Positions 54,453-64,000 of a DNA stretch of 64,000 nt are shown in pieces. The notes under the pieces are model-generated. The model worked only from the letters and a program-made list of their open reading frames with translations, was not told the origin of the DNA and did no database searches. The position numbers and the translations under genes were made by a program. Position 1 is the first letter of the stretch; each line of letters begins with the position of its first letter. This stretch comes from Actinomycetota bacterium (GTDB taxonomy: Bacteria > Actinomycetota > UBA4738), in the NCBI GenBank assembly GCA_035573915.1, contig DATLZQ010000002.1, positions 2,333 to 66,332 on the forward strand, in the 5' to 3' direction.

Positions 54453-57083
54453 TCAGCCGCCGGGCTCGCGGCCCCGGGCGGCCCCGGCCAGCCTGGGGTG
54501 GGCGGCCCGGGCCGCCGGGGAGTCCCGCATGGGCAGCCGGGTCCGCCGGACCCCGTCGTAGGCGTACAGAGCCCCGGCCACGGCCGAGGCCGTTGGGACC
54601 AGGGCGATCTCCCCCACCCCCTTGGCCCCGTAGGGCCCCTCGGGCTGGGGCTCCTCCACGAAGATGCACTCCACTTTGGGCATGCCCGTGGGGGGGATGA
54701 TCCCGAGGGACTTGAGGGTGGTGGTCACGGGCACGGCCCCTTCCACCACGAACTCCTCGGTGAGCGCGTGGCCCAGGCCCATGTGGACAGCGCCTTCGAC
54801 CTGCCCCTCCAGGAGCGTGGGGTTGATGACCTTGCCCACGTCGTGGGCGGCCACCACCTTCTCGATCCTCCCCTCCTCGTCGAGGACGACCACCTGAGTG
54901 GCCCACCCGTAGGCGAAGTGGGTGGCCGCGCCGTCCGGGCCCTCGCCCGGCTTGTAGGTCCAGTCCACCTTGACCTCGCCGTAGAACTCCTGGCCCGCTA
55001 GGTCCTCGAGGCGCCTCCCGTCGAGGGCCGCCTTGAGCTTGCGGGCCGCCTCGATCACGGCCCGGCCCCCGAGGACCGTGGACCGTGAGGCCGTGGTCTG
55101 TCCCGTGTCGAGCTCTCGCGCCGTGTCCACCACCACCCGGACCCGGTCCGCAGTGAGGCCCAGCTCCTCGCAGGCGATCTGGAGGAGGGCCGTGTGCACC
55201 CCCTGGCCCATCTCGGTCCAGGAGTGCAGGAGGGTGACGGTCCCGTCCGCCTCGGGCCGAAGGATGGCCCGGCCGTACTCCACGATGCCGTTGCCCACGC
55301 CCGTGTTCTTGGCAGCGCAGGCGATCCCCACGGCCTTCCCTTCCGCCCGGGCCCGGTCGTAGGCCTCCTTCACGGCGAGGAGGGTCTTCTTGATCCCCAC
55401 CCCCGGGCCCAGCACCTGCCCGGTGCCGAACCGGTCCCCCACGTCCACGGCGTTGCGCCAGCGCATCTCCCAGGGGTCCAGCCCCACCTTCTCCGCGAGG
55501 ATGTCGATCATCCCCTCGATGGCGAAGTTGGCCTGGTTCGAGCCGAACCCCCGCATGGCCCCGGCCGGGGGGTTGTTCGTGTAGACGGCGTAGGCCTCCA
55601 CGTCCACGTTGGGCACCCGGTAGACGCTGCAGGCGTGTCCGGCGGCCCGCTCCAGGACCTTGTCGCCCACGCTGGCGTAGGCCCCGGTGTCCCCCACGAT
55701 CCGGGCCCGGACGGCCGCCAGACGCCCCTCCTCGTCGCAGCCCACCGTGTACTGGAGGGTCATGGGGTGGCGCTTGGTGTGGAAGCGGATGCTCTCCTCC
55801 CGGCTCAGCGTGATCCGGACCGGACGGCCGGTGCGGAGGGCCAGGAGGGAGGCGTGGCACTGGACGTTGAGGTCCTCCTTGGCCCCGAAGGCCCCCCCGT
55901 TCGACACCTGGGTGACCCGGACCTGCTGCGGGGGGACGCCGAGGAAGGAGGCGACCTGCCGACGGTCCTCCCACACCCCCTGGCCCTGGGAGTACACGTG
56001 GACCAGAACCCCCTCCTCGGGGTGGGGGACGGCCAGGGAGGACTCGGGCTCGAGGAAGGCGTGCTCGATGAACTGGGTCCGGAAGGTCTGGGTGGCCACG
56101 TGGGCGGCGGAGGCCAGGGCGGCGTCCACGTCGCCCCGCTTCACCTTGGACACCGAGAGGACGTTGCCGTTGGGGTGGAGCCTGGGGGCGTCGGGCCTCA
56201 TGGCCTCGAAGGGGTCGGTCACGGGCTCCAGGACCTCGTACTCCACCTCGACCAGGCGGGCGGCCTCCCGGGCCGCCTGACGGGTCTCGGCGGCCACCGC
56301 CGCCAGGACATCCCCCACGTAGGCCGTGACCTCCCCCTCCGCCACAAACTGCCGCCAGTCGCGGGTGATGAGCCCCTGGCTCCGCTCGCCCGGGACGTCC
56401 TTCCAGGTGACCACGGCCACCACCCCGGGGTAGGCCTCGGCCTTGGAGGTGTCGATCCGGAGGACTCGGGCCCGGGGGTGGTCGGAGAACCGGAGGGCCC
56501 CGTGGAGCATCCCCGGGACCTCCATGTCGTTGATGTAGGGCTTGTCGCCCAGGGCCAGCTCCTCCCCCTGGTACCGGGCGGTACGGGTCCCCACCCGGCC
56601 GCTCCGGTCGGGGGCCGGTAGGGGCTCGCCCCGCCGGGCCCGGGCGGCGAGCTCGATGGCGTCGATGATCTTCACGTAGCCCGTGCACCGGCAGAGGTTC
56701 CCGGCCAGCGCCCGGGCGATCTCCTCCCGGGAGGGCTCGGAGTTGCGGGCCAGGAGCGAGTGGGCCTTCATGACGATGCCCGGGGAGCAGAACCCGCACT
56801 GCGAGGCCCCGGCCACCACGAAACAGGTGGCCCACAGGGCCCGGTCCTCCGGGGAGAGGCCCTCCTGGGTGAGGACGCTCCGCCCGGCGGCGCGGGCCGC
56901 GGGCTGGGCGCAGGAGACCACGGCCTTCCCGTCCACGAGGACGGTGCAGGCCCCGCACGACCCCTCCGGCGCGCAGCCGTCCTTGACCGAGACCAGCCCG
57001 CAGGTCTCCCGGAGGAGCTCCAGGAGGGTCTGCCCCTCCCGGACCTCCACCGAGACGGGTCGTCCGTTCAGTGTGAACTCCAT
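54453..57083 (-). CDS. xdhD: Fused [2Fe-2S]-molybdopterin-binding molybdenum hydroxylase subunit (XdhD-like)
   Basis: ATG 57083 after GAGGAGGTGGG. N-terminal 2Fe-2S domain (CAPEGSCGACTV; QCGFCSPG...CRCTGY) fused to an about 720-aa Mo-cofactor domain (GGAFGAKED, TNNPPAGAMRGFG). Confidence 0.85.
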   Translation of the reverse strand: MEFTLNGRPVSVEVREGQTLLELLRETCGLVSVKDGCAPEGSCGACTVLVDGKAVVSCAQPAARAAGRSVLTQEGLSPEDRALWATCFVVAGASQCGFCSPGIVMKAHSLLARNSEPSREEIARALAGNLCRCTGYVKIIDAIELAARARRGEPLPAPDRSGRVGTRTARYQGEELALGDKPYINDMEVPGMLHGALRFSDHPRARVLRIDTSKAEAYPGVVAVVTWKDVPGERSQGLITRDWRQFVAEGEVTAYVGDVLAAVAAETRQAAREAARLVEVEYEVLEPVTDPFEAMRPDAPRLHPNGNVLSVSKVKRGDVDAALASAAHVATQTFRTQFIEHAFLEPESSLAVPHPEEGVLVHVYSQGQGVWEDRRQVASFLGVPPQQVRVTQVSNGGAFGAKEDLNVQCHASLLALRTGRPVRITLSREESIRFHTKRHPMTLQYTVGCDEEGRLAAVRARIVGDTGAYASVGDKVLERAAGHACSVYRVPNVDVEAYAVYTNNPPAGAMRGFGSNQANFAIEGMIDILAEKVGLDPWEMRWRNAVDVGDRFGTGQVLGPGVGIKKTLLAVKEAYDRARAEGKAVGIACAAKNTGVGNGIVEYGRAILRPEADGTVTLLHSWTEMGQGVHTALLQIACEELGLTADRVRVVVDTARELDTGQTTASRSTVLGGRAVIEAARKLKAALDGRRLEDLAGQEFYGEVKVDWTYKPGEGPDGAATHFAYGWATQVVVLDEEGRIEKVVAAHDVGKVINPTLLEGQVEGAVHMGLGHALTEEFVVEGAVPVTTTLKSLGIIPPTGMPKVECIFVEEPQPEGPYGAKGVGEIALVPTASAVAGALYAYDGVRRTRLPMRDSPAARAAHPRLAGAARGREPGG

Positions 57084-57096
57084 GGGGCCCACCTCC

Positions 57097-58317
57097 TCAT
57101 GGCCCTCGGTGGCCGGCGGCGGCCAGGTAGGCTTCGGGGAAGGCGGCGTACCAGGCGGCCGCCACCGGCAGGTGCTCGATTGGGCACTGGTCGTCCGGGC
57201 TGTGGGCGTAGACCTCGTTGGCCGGGCCGAACCCGATGGTCGGGATCCCCAGGCGCCCCGCGCTGGACACCCCGTTCGTGGAGAACACCCACCGGCCCAC
57301 CTGGGGCGTGCGGCCCAGGGCCCGGCGGGCCGTCTCCACCCCCGCCTGCACGGCCGGGTGGTCCTCGGGGAGGACCCAGGTGGGGAAGTACTTGTCGATG
57401 GAGAGGGTGAGGCCTGTGTAGGCCGTGCCCTCGTAGCGGAGGAGCTCCACGGTGGCCTCGCCCGACTGGACGGCGGGGAGGGCCTCCAGCTCGGCCCGGG
57501 CGGACTCCACGGTCTCCCCGATGGTGAGCCGCCGGTCAAGGTAGATCGTGCAGCCGTCGGGCACGGCGTTGAGGGAGGGGGTCTGGACCTCCACTTTGGA
57601 GACCACGACCGTCCCCTTGCCAAGGAAGGGGTCGGCCGCGAGGCGCTCGTTCAGGGCCTCCACCTGCTGGATGATGGGGGCCATCCGGTAGACGGCGTTC
57701 ACCCCCCGCTCCGGGGCGGAGGCGTGGGCCGCCCGGCCCCTTGTGTGGATGGCGAACTCCGCCCGCCCTCGGTGCCCGCGGTACACGTCCAGGTCCGTGG
57801 CCTCCCCCAACACCACCACGTCCGGGCGTGGGATCCCGTTGGTGAGGAGGTACTCGAGGGCCAGCCCGTCGCAGTCCTCCTCCTGGACCGTTCCCACCAC
57901 GTAGAGGGTGAACGCGGAGGCGTCCACACCCAGGCGCTTGAGCAGGGCTCCCCCGTAGACCATGGAGGCGGTGGCGGCCTTGTTGTCCGAGGCCCCCCGC
58001 CCGTAGAGGATCCCGCCCTTGACCTCCGGGGTGAAGGGGTGGGTCCTCCAGGAGGCGGGGTCCCCCACGTCCACCGTGTCGATGTGGCTGTCGAAGACGA
58101 TGCGGACGGGGCCGTCCCCGATCCGTCCCACCACGCTCCCGAAGGGGTCCACGGTGACCTCGTCGTAGCCCAGGGCGGTCATCTCGTCCCCGATCCGCTG
58201 CACCACCTCGCGCTCCCGCCTGGACAGGCTGGGGGTGGCGATGAGGTCCTCGAAGAAGCGGCCCATCCGCTCCTCGAGCCGGCGGGCCTCCTCCAGGAAC
58301 CGCTCGTCGGTCTTCAC
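57097..58317 (-). CDS. ygeY: YgeY-like M20/DapE-ArgE family metallohydrolase
   Basis: GTG 58317 after GGGAGGGAGG. Collinear with E. coli YgeY (HIDTV, GRGASDNK, VQEEDCDGL, GEATDLDVYRGHRGR, SAPERG). Confidence 0.85.
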   Translation of the reverse strand: MKTDERFLEEARRLEERMGRFFEDLIATPSLSRREREVVQRIGDEMTALGYDEVTVDPFGSVVGRIGDGPVRIVFDSHIDTVDVGDPASWRTHPFTPEVKGGILYGRGASDNKAATASMVYGGALLKRLGVDASAFTLYVVGTVQEEDCDGLALEYLLTNGIPRPDVVVLGEATDLDVYRGHRGRAEFAIHTRGRAAHASAPERGVNAVYRMAPIIQQVEALNERLAADPFLGKGTVVVSKVEVQTPSLNAVPDGCTIYLDRRLTIGETVESARAELEALPAVQSGEATVELLRYEGTAYTGLTLSIDKYFPTWVLPEDHPAVQAGVETARRALGRTPQVGRWVFSTNGVSSAGRLGIPTIGFGPANEVYAHSPDDQCPIEHLPVAAAWYAAFPEAYLAAAGHRGP

Positions 58318-58966
58318 GGTCCTCCCTCCCCGGGCCGGGGCTCGGCCCGATTCGACTCGTCCAGGTAGTTGTAGATCGTGAAGCGGCTCACCCCGAGCCG
58401 GGCCGCCACCCGCTCCACCGCCTTCTTGATGAGGAAGGCTCCCCGTTCGTCCAGGTATCGGACCACCTGCTGCTTCTGACGCCGCGACATCTCCTCGACG
58501 GGCACCCCCACGGCGTCGGCCGCCGCGTCCAGCATGCGGTCCAGGGCGTCCCCCAGGTGGTCGGTGGGGGGCTGGGGCTCGGCGCCGTCCGGCTCGGCCA
58601 GAGAGGCCAGGAGGCGGGCGGCCCGGGAGAGGGCCGCGGTGTCCACCTCGATGGCCACGGCCAGCCCGTCCCCGGGCTCCGGGCCGGGGAGGGGGAGCAC
58701 GCTGATCCTGGTCCCCCCGCCTACGGACCGGTTGACCACCGGCTCCCCAAAGGCGAGCAGAGGGAGGACCGGGTCGGCTCCACCGCGACCCCTGGCCCTG
58801 GCCGGCCGGCCCCACGAGTCCACTCGCCGCGGAGGGCGGAGCTCGTAGAGGCTGACCCGGAACGGAGGCCCCAGCGTGCGGGCCAGGGCTCGGCAGAAGT
58901 CCAGGGCCGGGGAAAGGTCGTCCTCGGGCCGGCTCGACGGTTCCACGCGTCCCTCCTCGACCATTG
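58314..58966 (-). CDS. Transcriptional regulator with C-terminal HTH (YheO/PucR-like)
   Basis: C-terminal ...VERVAARLGVSRFTIYNYL. ATG 58966 lacks SD and lies in an AT-rich patch. Stop overlaps ygeY start. The longer ORF (to 59120) has an implausible Pro/Cys-rich lead. Confidence 0.5.
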
Positions 58967-59075
58967 AACAACAAACTGTGGAACTCTTGCAACAGGACGG
59001 TGAGCCCCAGCACCCCGGCCGGGGCCGAGCCGGCGACCCGCCGGCCGGTCCGTCTGGGGTTTGGGCTAGGCTCGG

Positions 59076-60602
59076 GTGCAGGAAGTGTTCTCGCCGTCCG
59101 TGGCCCGCCCGGGTGCCCATCGCCGGCTGCTCACCCTCCTCGCCGCCGTCCTAGTCGGAGTGGGGGGGTCGGCCGTCGCTTTGCTCGCCTTCGGGCGCTG
59201 GTCGGTGTGGGTGGGTCCCTTCCAGGTCCAGCTGGCCTGCCGGTTCGGCAGGGGGGCCACGGACGTGGCCCTGCCTCCCCTGGGGCGGCTGACCGCCCGG
59301 ACGCACCTGGCGCCCCTGCGGTTCTCGGCCACCCTCCAGGACGTCCGGGTCCCCGAGCTCACCGAGATGGTGAGCACCCGTGGGCTGACCGGGCTCGTCT
59401 CGGTGGTGGAGCGGGAGGTGCTGGAGGACGTCCCGGCGTTCGCCATCCGGGTCCTCGGGATCGGGGTGGCCGGGGCCGCGGTCCTGGCCGGGCTGGTCTT
59501 CCGACGCCGGTGGCGGCCCGTGGTCGCCGCCGTCGTGGCTGCCCTCGTCGCGCTGGGGGGAAGCGGGGCGGCCGCGTGGCGCACCTACGACCCCGCCGCC
59601 CTCCTGACCCCCACCTACTCCGGCTCCCTCACGCTGGCGGCCCGGCTCATCGGACCGGCCCGCACGGCCCTGGACCGCATCGACCAGTTCCGGGCCCAGC
59701 TCTCGCGGATCGTGGCCGGGGCGGCCCGCGTGTACGGCGAGATCCAGGCCAGGCCCCTGGGGCCCGCCGACGAGGTCCGGGTCCTGCACATCTCGGACCT
59801 CCACCTCTCGCCCCTAGGGTTCAGCTTCGCCCGGGAGCTGGCGAGGTCGTTCGACGTGGAGCTCGTAATCGACACCGGCGACCTCACCTCGTTCGGGACC
59901 CCCGCCGAGGCCTTCGTGGTCCGGGAGGTGGCCTCCATGGGCGTCCCGTACGTCTTCGTGCGGGGTAACCACGACTCCTCGGGCCTGGAACGCAGGCTCC
60001 GCAGACGGGGGGTCATCGTGGCCAACGGCGGGGTGGTGGAGGTGGCTGGCCTGCGCATCCTGGGCTACCCTCACCCCGTCTTCACCCCCGACCGACGGGT
60101 GGTGCGCAGCGACGAGGCCATCAGGAGGCTGGTCCTGGACGCGGGGGAGCGCATCGCCGCGCAGATCCGGACCCAGCCCCGCCCCCCGGACGTCCTGGCG
60201 GTCCACGACGACCGGATGGCCGAGGCCTCGGCGGGACTGGTGCCCCTGGTGGTCTCGGGGCACTTCCACGAGTCGGGCGCCCGGGTGGTGAACGGGACCC
60301 TGTTCCTGCGGGTCGGGTCCACCGGGGGAGCCGGGGCGGAGGTGTTCAGCCGGGAGGGCGGGGTCCCCCTGGAGGCGGAGATCCTCTACTTCCAGCGGGG
60401 GGACCCTCCCACACTGGTCGCCTTCGACGTCGTTCAGCAGCTTCCCGAGACGGGGAGCCTCACGCTCACCAGGCATCTCGTGGAGGAGGAGTTCGGGACC
60501 CTGGTCCCCTCGCCCAGCTCCTCGCCCAGCCCCTCGCCTCCCAGCCCCTCGCCGGAGGCCGCCAGCCCCAGGCCCTCGCCATCGGGCGCCGACAGCGGGT
60601 GA
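59076..60602 (+). CDS. Membrane-anchored metallophosphoesterase (calcineurin-like) with Ser/Pro-rich C-terminal tail
   Basis: N-terminal TM helices, then VLHISDLHLSP, GDLTSFG, GNHD, GHFHE motifs. PSPSSSPSPSPPSPSP tail. Confidence 0.7.
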   Translation: MQEVFSPSVARPGAHRRLLTLLAAVLVGVGGSAVALLAFGRWSVWVGPFQVQLACRFGRGATDVALPPLGRLTARTHLAPLRFSATLQDVRVPELTEMVSTRGLTGLVSVVEREVLEDVPAFAIRVLGIGVAGAAVLAGLVFRRRWRPVVAAVVAALVALGGSGAAAWRTYDPAALLTPTYSGSLTLAARLIGPARTALDRIDQFRAQLSRIVAGAARVYGEIQARPLGPADEVRVLHISDLHLSPLGFSFARELARSFDVELVIDTGDLTSFGTPAEAFVVREVASMGVPYVFVRGNHDSSGLERRLRRRGVIVANGGVVEVAGLRILGYPHPVFTPDRRVVRSDEAIRRLVLDAGERIAAQIRTQPRPPDVLAVHDDRMAEASAGLVPLVVSGHFHESGARVVNGTLFLRVGSTGGAGAEVFSREGGVPLEAEILYFQRGDPPTLVAFDVVQQLPETGSLTLTRHLVEEEFGTLVPSPSSSPSPSPPSPSPEAASPRPSPSGADSG

Positions 60603-60649
60603 GGAGGCCGGGCCTCCCCGCCGTGGTGCACCATGTCCCGGGACCGACG

Positions 60650-62170
60650 ATGGAAGGCGGAGAGGGGGCTCGGCCCGGGGGGACAGCCCGGGCGTTCCAC
60701 GAGGGGACCAAGCACTCGTGGGAGAGCGTCCGACGCCGGGGGCACTTCCTCGACTGGGCCAACCGCCCTCACCCGTTCAAGCGCTATGAGGACCTCGAGC
60801 GGGTCCCCCTGCCCCACCCCGTGAGGTTCGGGCGGCCGGCTCTGGAAGCCCTCCTGGCCGAGGGAGGCGACGGGCGGGGCGTCCTGGACGCTTCCCTCCT
60901 GGCGGGGCTGCTCTTCGTCTCTGCCGGCGTGGCGAGGCGCCGCCGGCTGGACGGGGAGGAGTTCCACTTCCGCACCTACGCCTCGGCGGGCGCCCTGTAC
61001 CCGGTCGAGGTCTACGTGGCCTGCGGCGACCTCGGGGCGGTCCCGGCCGGCGTCTACCACTTCGACCCCTTGGGTTTCGAGTTGGTCAGGCTCCGGCCCG
61101 GGGACCACCGCCCGTCCCTCGTGCGGGCCGCAGCGGCCGAGACCTCGGTGGCCCAGGCCCCCGCGGTCCTCGTCTTCACCGGCGTCCCCTGGAAGACGGC
61201 CTGGAAGTACACCGAACGGGGCTACCGGCACCTCTTCTGGGACGCGGGGATGATGCTCGCCAACCTCCTGGCGGGGGCCAGGGCCGCCCACCTCCCCGTG
61301 CGGGTGGTGCTCGGGTTCGCCGACCGTGAGGTGGAGGACCTCCTGGGGCTGGACGGGGTCCGGGAGTTCCCCCTGTGCCTGGTGGCGGTGGGCCGGGGGG
61401 AGGCGGTGGCCCCGGCGTCCGCCCCACCCCACCCCGCCCGCTTCCCCGAGCGTCCGTTCTCGCGACGGGAATTCACCTTCCAGGCCATCCGGGAGGTCAA
61501 CGACGCCGGCCGGCTGGACGTGGAGGCCGTGCAGGCCTGGCGGGCTCGGGCCGGCGCCCTCGCCCCCGGCCCCTCCCGCCCGCCGGCCGAGCCCTTCCGC
61601 GAGGACCTGCCGCGGGACTCGGTGGACGACGTGGTCCGCCGGCGGGGGTCGGCCCGTTTCTTCGCCCCCGGGGCGCTCCCGCTGGAGGTCCTCCGGACGG
61701 TCCTCTCCGCGGCGACCCGGGGAGCCCCCACCGACTACGCCCTGGAAGGGTCGTCCCTCGTCCAGCCCTACCTGGTGGTCAACGCCGTCCGTGGGATGGT
61801 CCCTGGGGCCTACGTGTGGGAGCGGGGCCAGCTCCACCTGCTCCAGGAGGGGCGGTTCGCCGCGCAGGCGGGCTACCTCTGCCTGGAACAGCGCCTGGCC
61901 ATGGACGCCTCGGTCACGGCCTTCCTCATGGCCCCCCTGGACCGCGTCCTGGACGTGGCGGGGGACCGGGGGTACCGGCTGGCCCAGCTGGAGGGCGGCG
62001 TGGCCGGAGGGTTCATGTACCTCGGGGCCTACGCCCACCGGTTCGGGGCCACCGGGCTCACCTTCTACGACGACGACGTGACCGGGTTCTTCTCGCCCCA
62101 CGCCGCCGGGAAGGCCTGCCTGCTCGTGGTGGCGGTGGGCGAGAGCCCGAGGCTGCGCCGGGGGGCCTGA
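60650..62170 (+). CDS. SagB-type dehydrogenase / tandem nitroreductase-fold protein
   Basis: About 506 aa. FHEGTKHSW N-terminal motif and two nitroreductase-like halves typical of the SagB-type dehydrogenase domain family. Confidence 0.65.
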   Translation: MEGGEGARPGGTARAFHEGTKHSWESVRRRGHFLDWANRPHPFKRYEDLERVPLPHPVRFGRPALEALLAEGGDGRGVLDASLLAGLLFVSAGVARRRRLDGEEFHFRTYASAGALYPVEVYVACGDLGAVPAGVYHFDPLGFELVRLRPGDHRPSLVRAAAAETSVAQAPAVLVFTGVPWKTAWKYTERGYRHLFWDAGMMLANLLAGARAAHLPVRVVLGFADREVEDLLGLDGVREFPLCLVAVGRGEAVAPASAPPHPARFPERPFSRREFTFQAIREVNDAGRLDVEAVQAWRARAGALAPGPSRPPAEPFREDLPRDSVDDVVRRRGSARFFAPGALPLEVLRTVLSAATRGAPTDYALEGSSLVQPYLVVNAVRGMVPGAYVWERGQLHLLQEGRFAAQAGYLCLEQRLAMDASVTAFLMAPLDRVLDVAGDRGYRLAQLEGGVAGGFMYLGAYAHRFGATGLTFYDDDVTGFFSPHAAGKACLLVVAVGESPRLRRGA

Positions 62171-62247
62171 GCCTGGACGGCCGAGTTGGCGGCGGGGCCC
62201 GGGTCGCGGTAATACTCGACCCGAAGCCAGGACCGACGGGGGACGCG

Positions 62248-62454
62248 ATGGTTGGCAAGGTAGGAGACCGGATCATCGTTGAGTCCGAGAAGGTCAACAC
62301 CCCGAGCCGCGAGGGGGAGATCCTTGAGGTGATCTCGGGGGCCTCCGGGGTGAGCTACCGGGTCCGCTGGTCGGACGGACACGAGAGCGTGTTCCGGCCC
62401 GCCGTGGGCAGCGCCCGGATCGTCCCGGCCGAGGGCGAGCAGAAGTCAGCGTAG
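62248..62454 (+). CDS. DUF1918-domain small protein
   Basis: 68 aa (GDRIIVESEKVNTPSREGEILEV...YRVRWSDGHESVFRP...). Confidence 0.6.
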   Translation: MVGKVGDRIIVESEKVNTPSREGEILEVISGASGVSYRVRWSDGHESVFRPAVGSARIVPAEGEQKSA

Positions 62455-62517
62455 GCGGGTCCCGTCCTCCGTGGGCCCGGCCGTGGGGCCCGTGGTGGGC
62501 ATCCCTGGGGGAGGGCG

Positions 62518-62922
62518 GTGCGCCGTTCCGTCGACTACGTGATCCTCTACGTGAGCGACCTCGCCCGGTCCGTCGCCTTCTACCGTGACGTGGTGGGCCT
62601 CACCCTCAAGTTCCAGGAGTCGGGGTACGCGGAGTTCGCGTCGGGGCCCGTGAAGTTCGCCCTCTACGAGCGGGCCCGCCTGCCCCAGCTCATCGGCAGA
62701 GAGGCGGTGCCCGGAGGCCCCGCTGTCGAGGTGGTCTTCCTGGTGGAGGACGTGGACGCCGAGGCCGACCGGCTGCGGGGGGCGGGGGCCGAGGTGCTGG
62801 CGGGGCCCGTGGACCGCCCCTGGGGCCACCGGACCCTCCACGTCCTCGACCCCGACGGCCAGGTCGTCGAGTTCGCCCAGGAGATCCCCCGGGGCCGGGC
62901 CCGGCCGGCCGAGGCTCCCTGA
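62518..62922 (+). CDS. VOC-family (glyoxalase/bleomycin-resistance fold) protein
   Basis: 134 aa (VDYVILYVSDLARSVAFYRDVVGL...HVLDPDGQVVEF). Confidence 0.75.
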   Translation: MRRSVDYVILYVSDLARSVAFYRDVVGLTLKFQESGYAEFASGPVKFALYERARLPQLIGREAVPGGPAVEVVFLVEDVDAEADRLRGAGAEVLAGPVDRPWGHRTLHVLDPDGQVVEFAQEIPRGRARPAEAP

Positions 62923-62975
62923 CCCGGCCCGGCCTTCGGAAGTACATTTGGAGGAGAGCGCACGGAGGTGTTCCG

Positions 62976-63560
62976 ATGGCCACCTACGACCGCAAGACCG
63001 CGCTGGTCGTGGTCGACGTCCAGAACGACTTCGCCCACCCCAAGGGCAGCCTCTACGTGCGGGGGGGCGAGGAGGTGGTCCCGGTCGTCAATCGGGAGGT
63101 GGAACGGGCCCTCGAGGCCGGGGCCCTGGTCGTCTACACGCAGGACTGGCACCCCGAGACCACCCCCCACTTCGAGAAGGACGGGGGGATCTGGCCGGTC
63201 CACTGCGTGCAGAACACGTGGGGGGCCGAGTTCCACCCGGACCTCAAGGTGGTGGGAGAGGTCGTCCGCAAGGGCACCGGCGGCGAGGACGGGTACTCCG
63301 GCTTCACCATGCGCGACCCCCGCAGCGGGGAGACCGGGGGGACCGAGCTCGAGCCGCTCCTCCGAAGGCATGGGGTGGCGCGGCTGGTGGTGGCGGGGAT
63401 CGCCACGGACTACTGCGTGAAGGAGACCGTCTTGGACGGGCTCCGCAAGGGGTTCGACGTCACGGTCCTCACGGAGGGCATCCGGGCCGTGAACCTCCAG
63501 CCGGACGACGGCAGGCGGGCCCTGGAGGAGATGGAGCGGGCCGGGGCCCACCTGGAGTGA
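62976..63560 (+). CDS. Isochorismatase-family cysteine hydrolase (nicotinamidase/PncA-like)
   Basis: TALVVVDVQNDF, K in VVRKGTG, Cys in ATDYCVKET. Confidence 0.8.
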   Translation: MATYDRKTALVVVDVQNDFAHPKGSLYVRGGEEVVPVVNREVERALEAGALVVYTQDWHPETTPHFEKDGGIWPVHCVQNTWGAEFHPDLKVVGEVVRKGTGGEDGYSGFTMRDPRSGETGGTELEPLLRRHGVARLVVAGIATDYCVKETVLDGLRKGFDVTVLTEGIRAVNLQPDDGRRALEEMERAGAHLE

Positions 63561-63567
63561 GGCCGGC

Positions 63568-64000
63568 GTGCTCCGCCTGGCCCTGGCCGGAGACACCATG
63601 CTCGGGCGGGGCGTGGCCGAGCGGCTGGCCGTGGTCGAGCCCCACTGGCTCTTCGACCCCGCCCTCGTGGAGGCGTGCCGGGAGGCGGACCTCTTCGTCC
63701 TGAACCTGGAGTGCTGCATCTCCGAGCGGGGTTCCCCCTGGCCGCGGCCGGGGAAGCCCTTCTTCTTCCGGGCCCCTCCGGTGGCCGTGCGGGCCCTCGC
63801 CCACATCGGCGTGGACTGCGTCACCCTGGCCAACAACCACGCCCTGGACTTCGGGGAGGAGGCCCTCCTCGACACCCTGCGGCTCCTCGAGGAGGCGGGC
63901 ATCGCCGCCGTGGGGGCCGGCGCCGACGTGGAGGCCGCCCGCCGGCCGGCCGTGCTCGAGGCCCGGGGGTTCCGGCTGGCCGTGCTGGGGGTCACCGACC
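63568..64000 (+). CDS. CapA-family (PGA_cap) metallophosphatase-like protein, 3' end outside window
   Basis: GTG 63568. LALAGDTMLGRGV..., LECCIS..., ANNHALDFG motifs. No stop before 64000. Confidence 0.6.
   Translation, partial: MLRLALAGDTMLGRGVAERLAVVEPHWLFDPALVEACREADLFVLNLECCISERGSPWPRPGKPFFFRAPPVAVRALAHIGVDCVTLANNHALDFGEEALLDTLRLLEEAGIAAVGAGADVEAARRPAVLEARGFRLAVLGVTD

Noticed and set aside
58960-59000. Sigma-54 (-24/-12) promoter in the AT-rich patch (TGGAAC...TTGCAA)
   Set aside because: Spacing between the GG and GC elements is about 8 nt rather than the required 12, and the adjacent regulator has no sigma-54 activator AAA+ domain.

Overview
This 64 kb window has about 72% GC and looks actinobacterial: it contains the proteasome activator Bpa, two F420-type luciferase-like (LLM) oxidoreductases and a DinB_2 protein, and many GTGA/ATGA start-stop overlaps. 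It is densely coding and is dominated by nucleobase catabolism and transport.

- **Pyrimidine cluster (about 1-11.1 kb, + strand).** A near-complete reductive pyrimidine/beta-alanine pathway sits behind a NitT/TauT-type ABC importer (two permeases, one ATPase, a lipoprotein substrate-binding protein). The enzymes are beta-ureidopropionase-like, a class-III aminotransferase, dihydropyrimidinase and a CoA-acylating semialdehyde dehydrogenase. There is no classical dihydropyrimidine dehydrogenase; an F420-type LLM oxidoreductase sits in that position.
- **Purine theme.** The window also holds an adenosine deaminase, an AzgA-like purine permease, an adenine deaminase, and a roughly 16 kb minus-strand cluster that mirrors the E. 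coli ygeW-ygeY-ssnA-ygfM-xdhD locus. That cluster has a YgeW-like carbamoyltransferase, a three-subunit xanthine-dehydrogenase-type enzyme, a second fused FeS-Mo hydroxylase, two amidohydrolases (one SsnA-like), a YgeY-like M20 peptidase, a threonine-synthase-like PLP enzyme, a second embedded F420-LLM oxidoreductase and an HTH regulator.
- **Candidate undescribed unit.** A GntR regulator whose effector domain is a 5-formyltetrahydrofolate-cyclo-ligase-like fold sits upstream of a stand-alone paralog of that domain, an ECF S-component and a fused T-A-A energizing module. A GntR-type palindrome overlaps the regulator's start codon.
- **Other content.** Four tRNAs (three Ser isoacceptors plus Arg); a frameshifted permease and a doubly lesioned AlaX-like gene, both hit by single-base losses in G-runs; a 6TM-GAF-GGDEF-EAL protein; DinB polymerase; a Lys/Ala/Pro-repeat histone-like protein; TadA; a heterodimeric ABC exporter; ThiI; Amt; and several hydrolases.

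No CRISPR array, integrase or transposase was seen.
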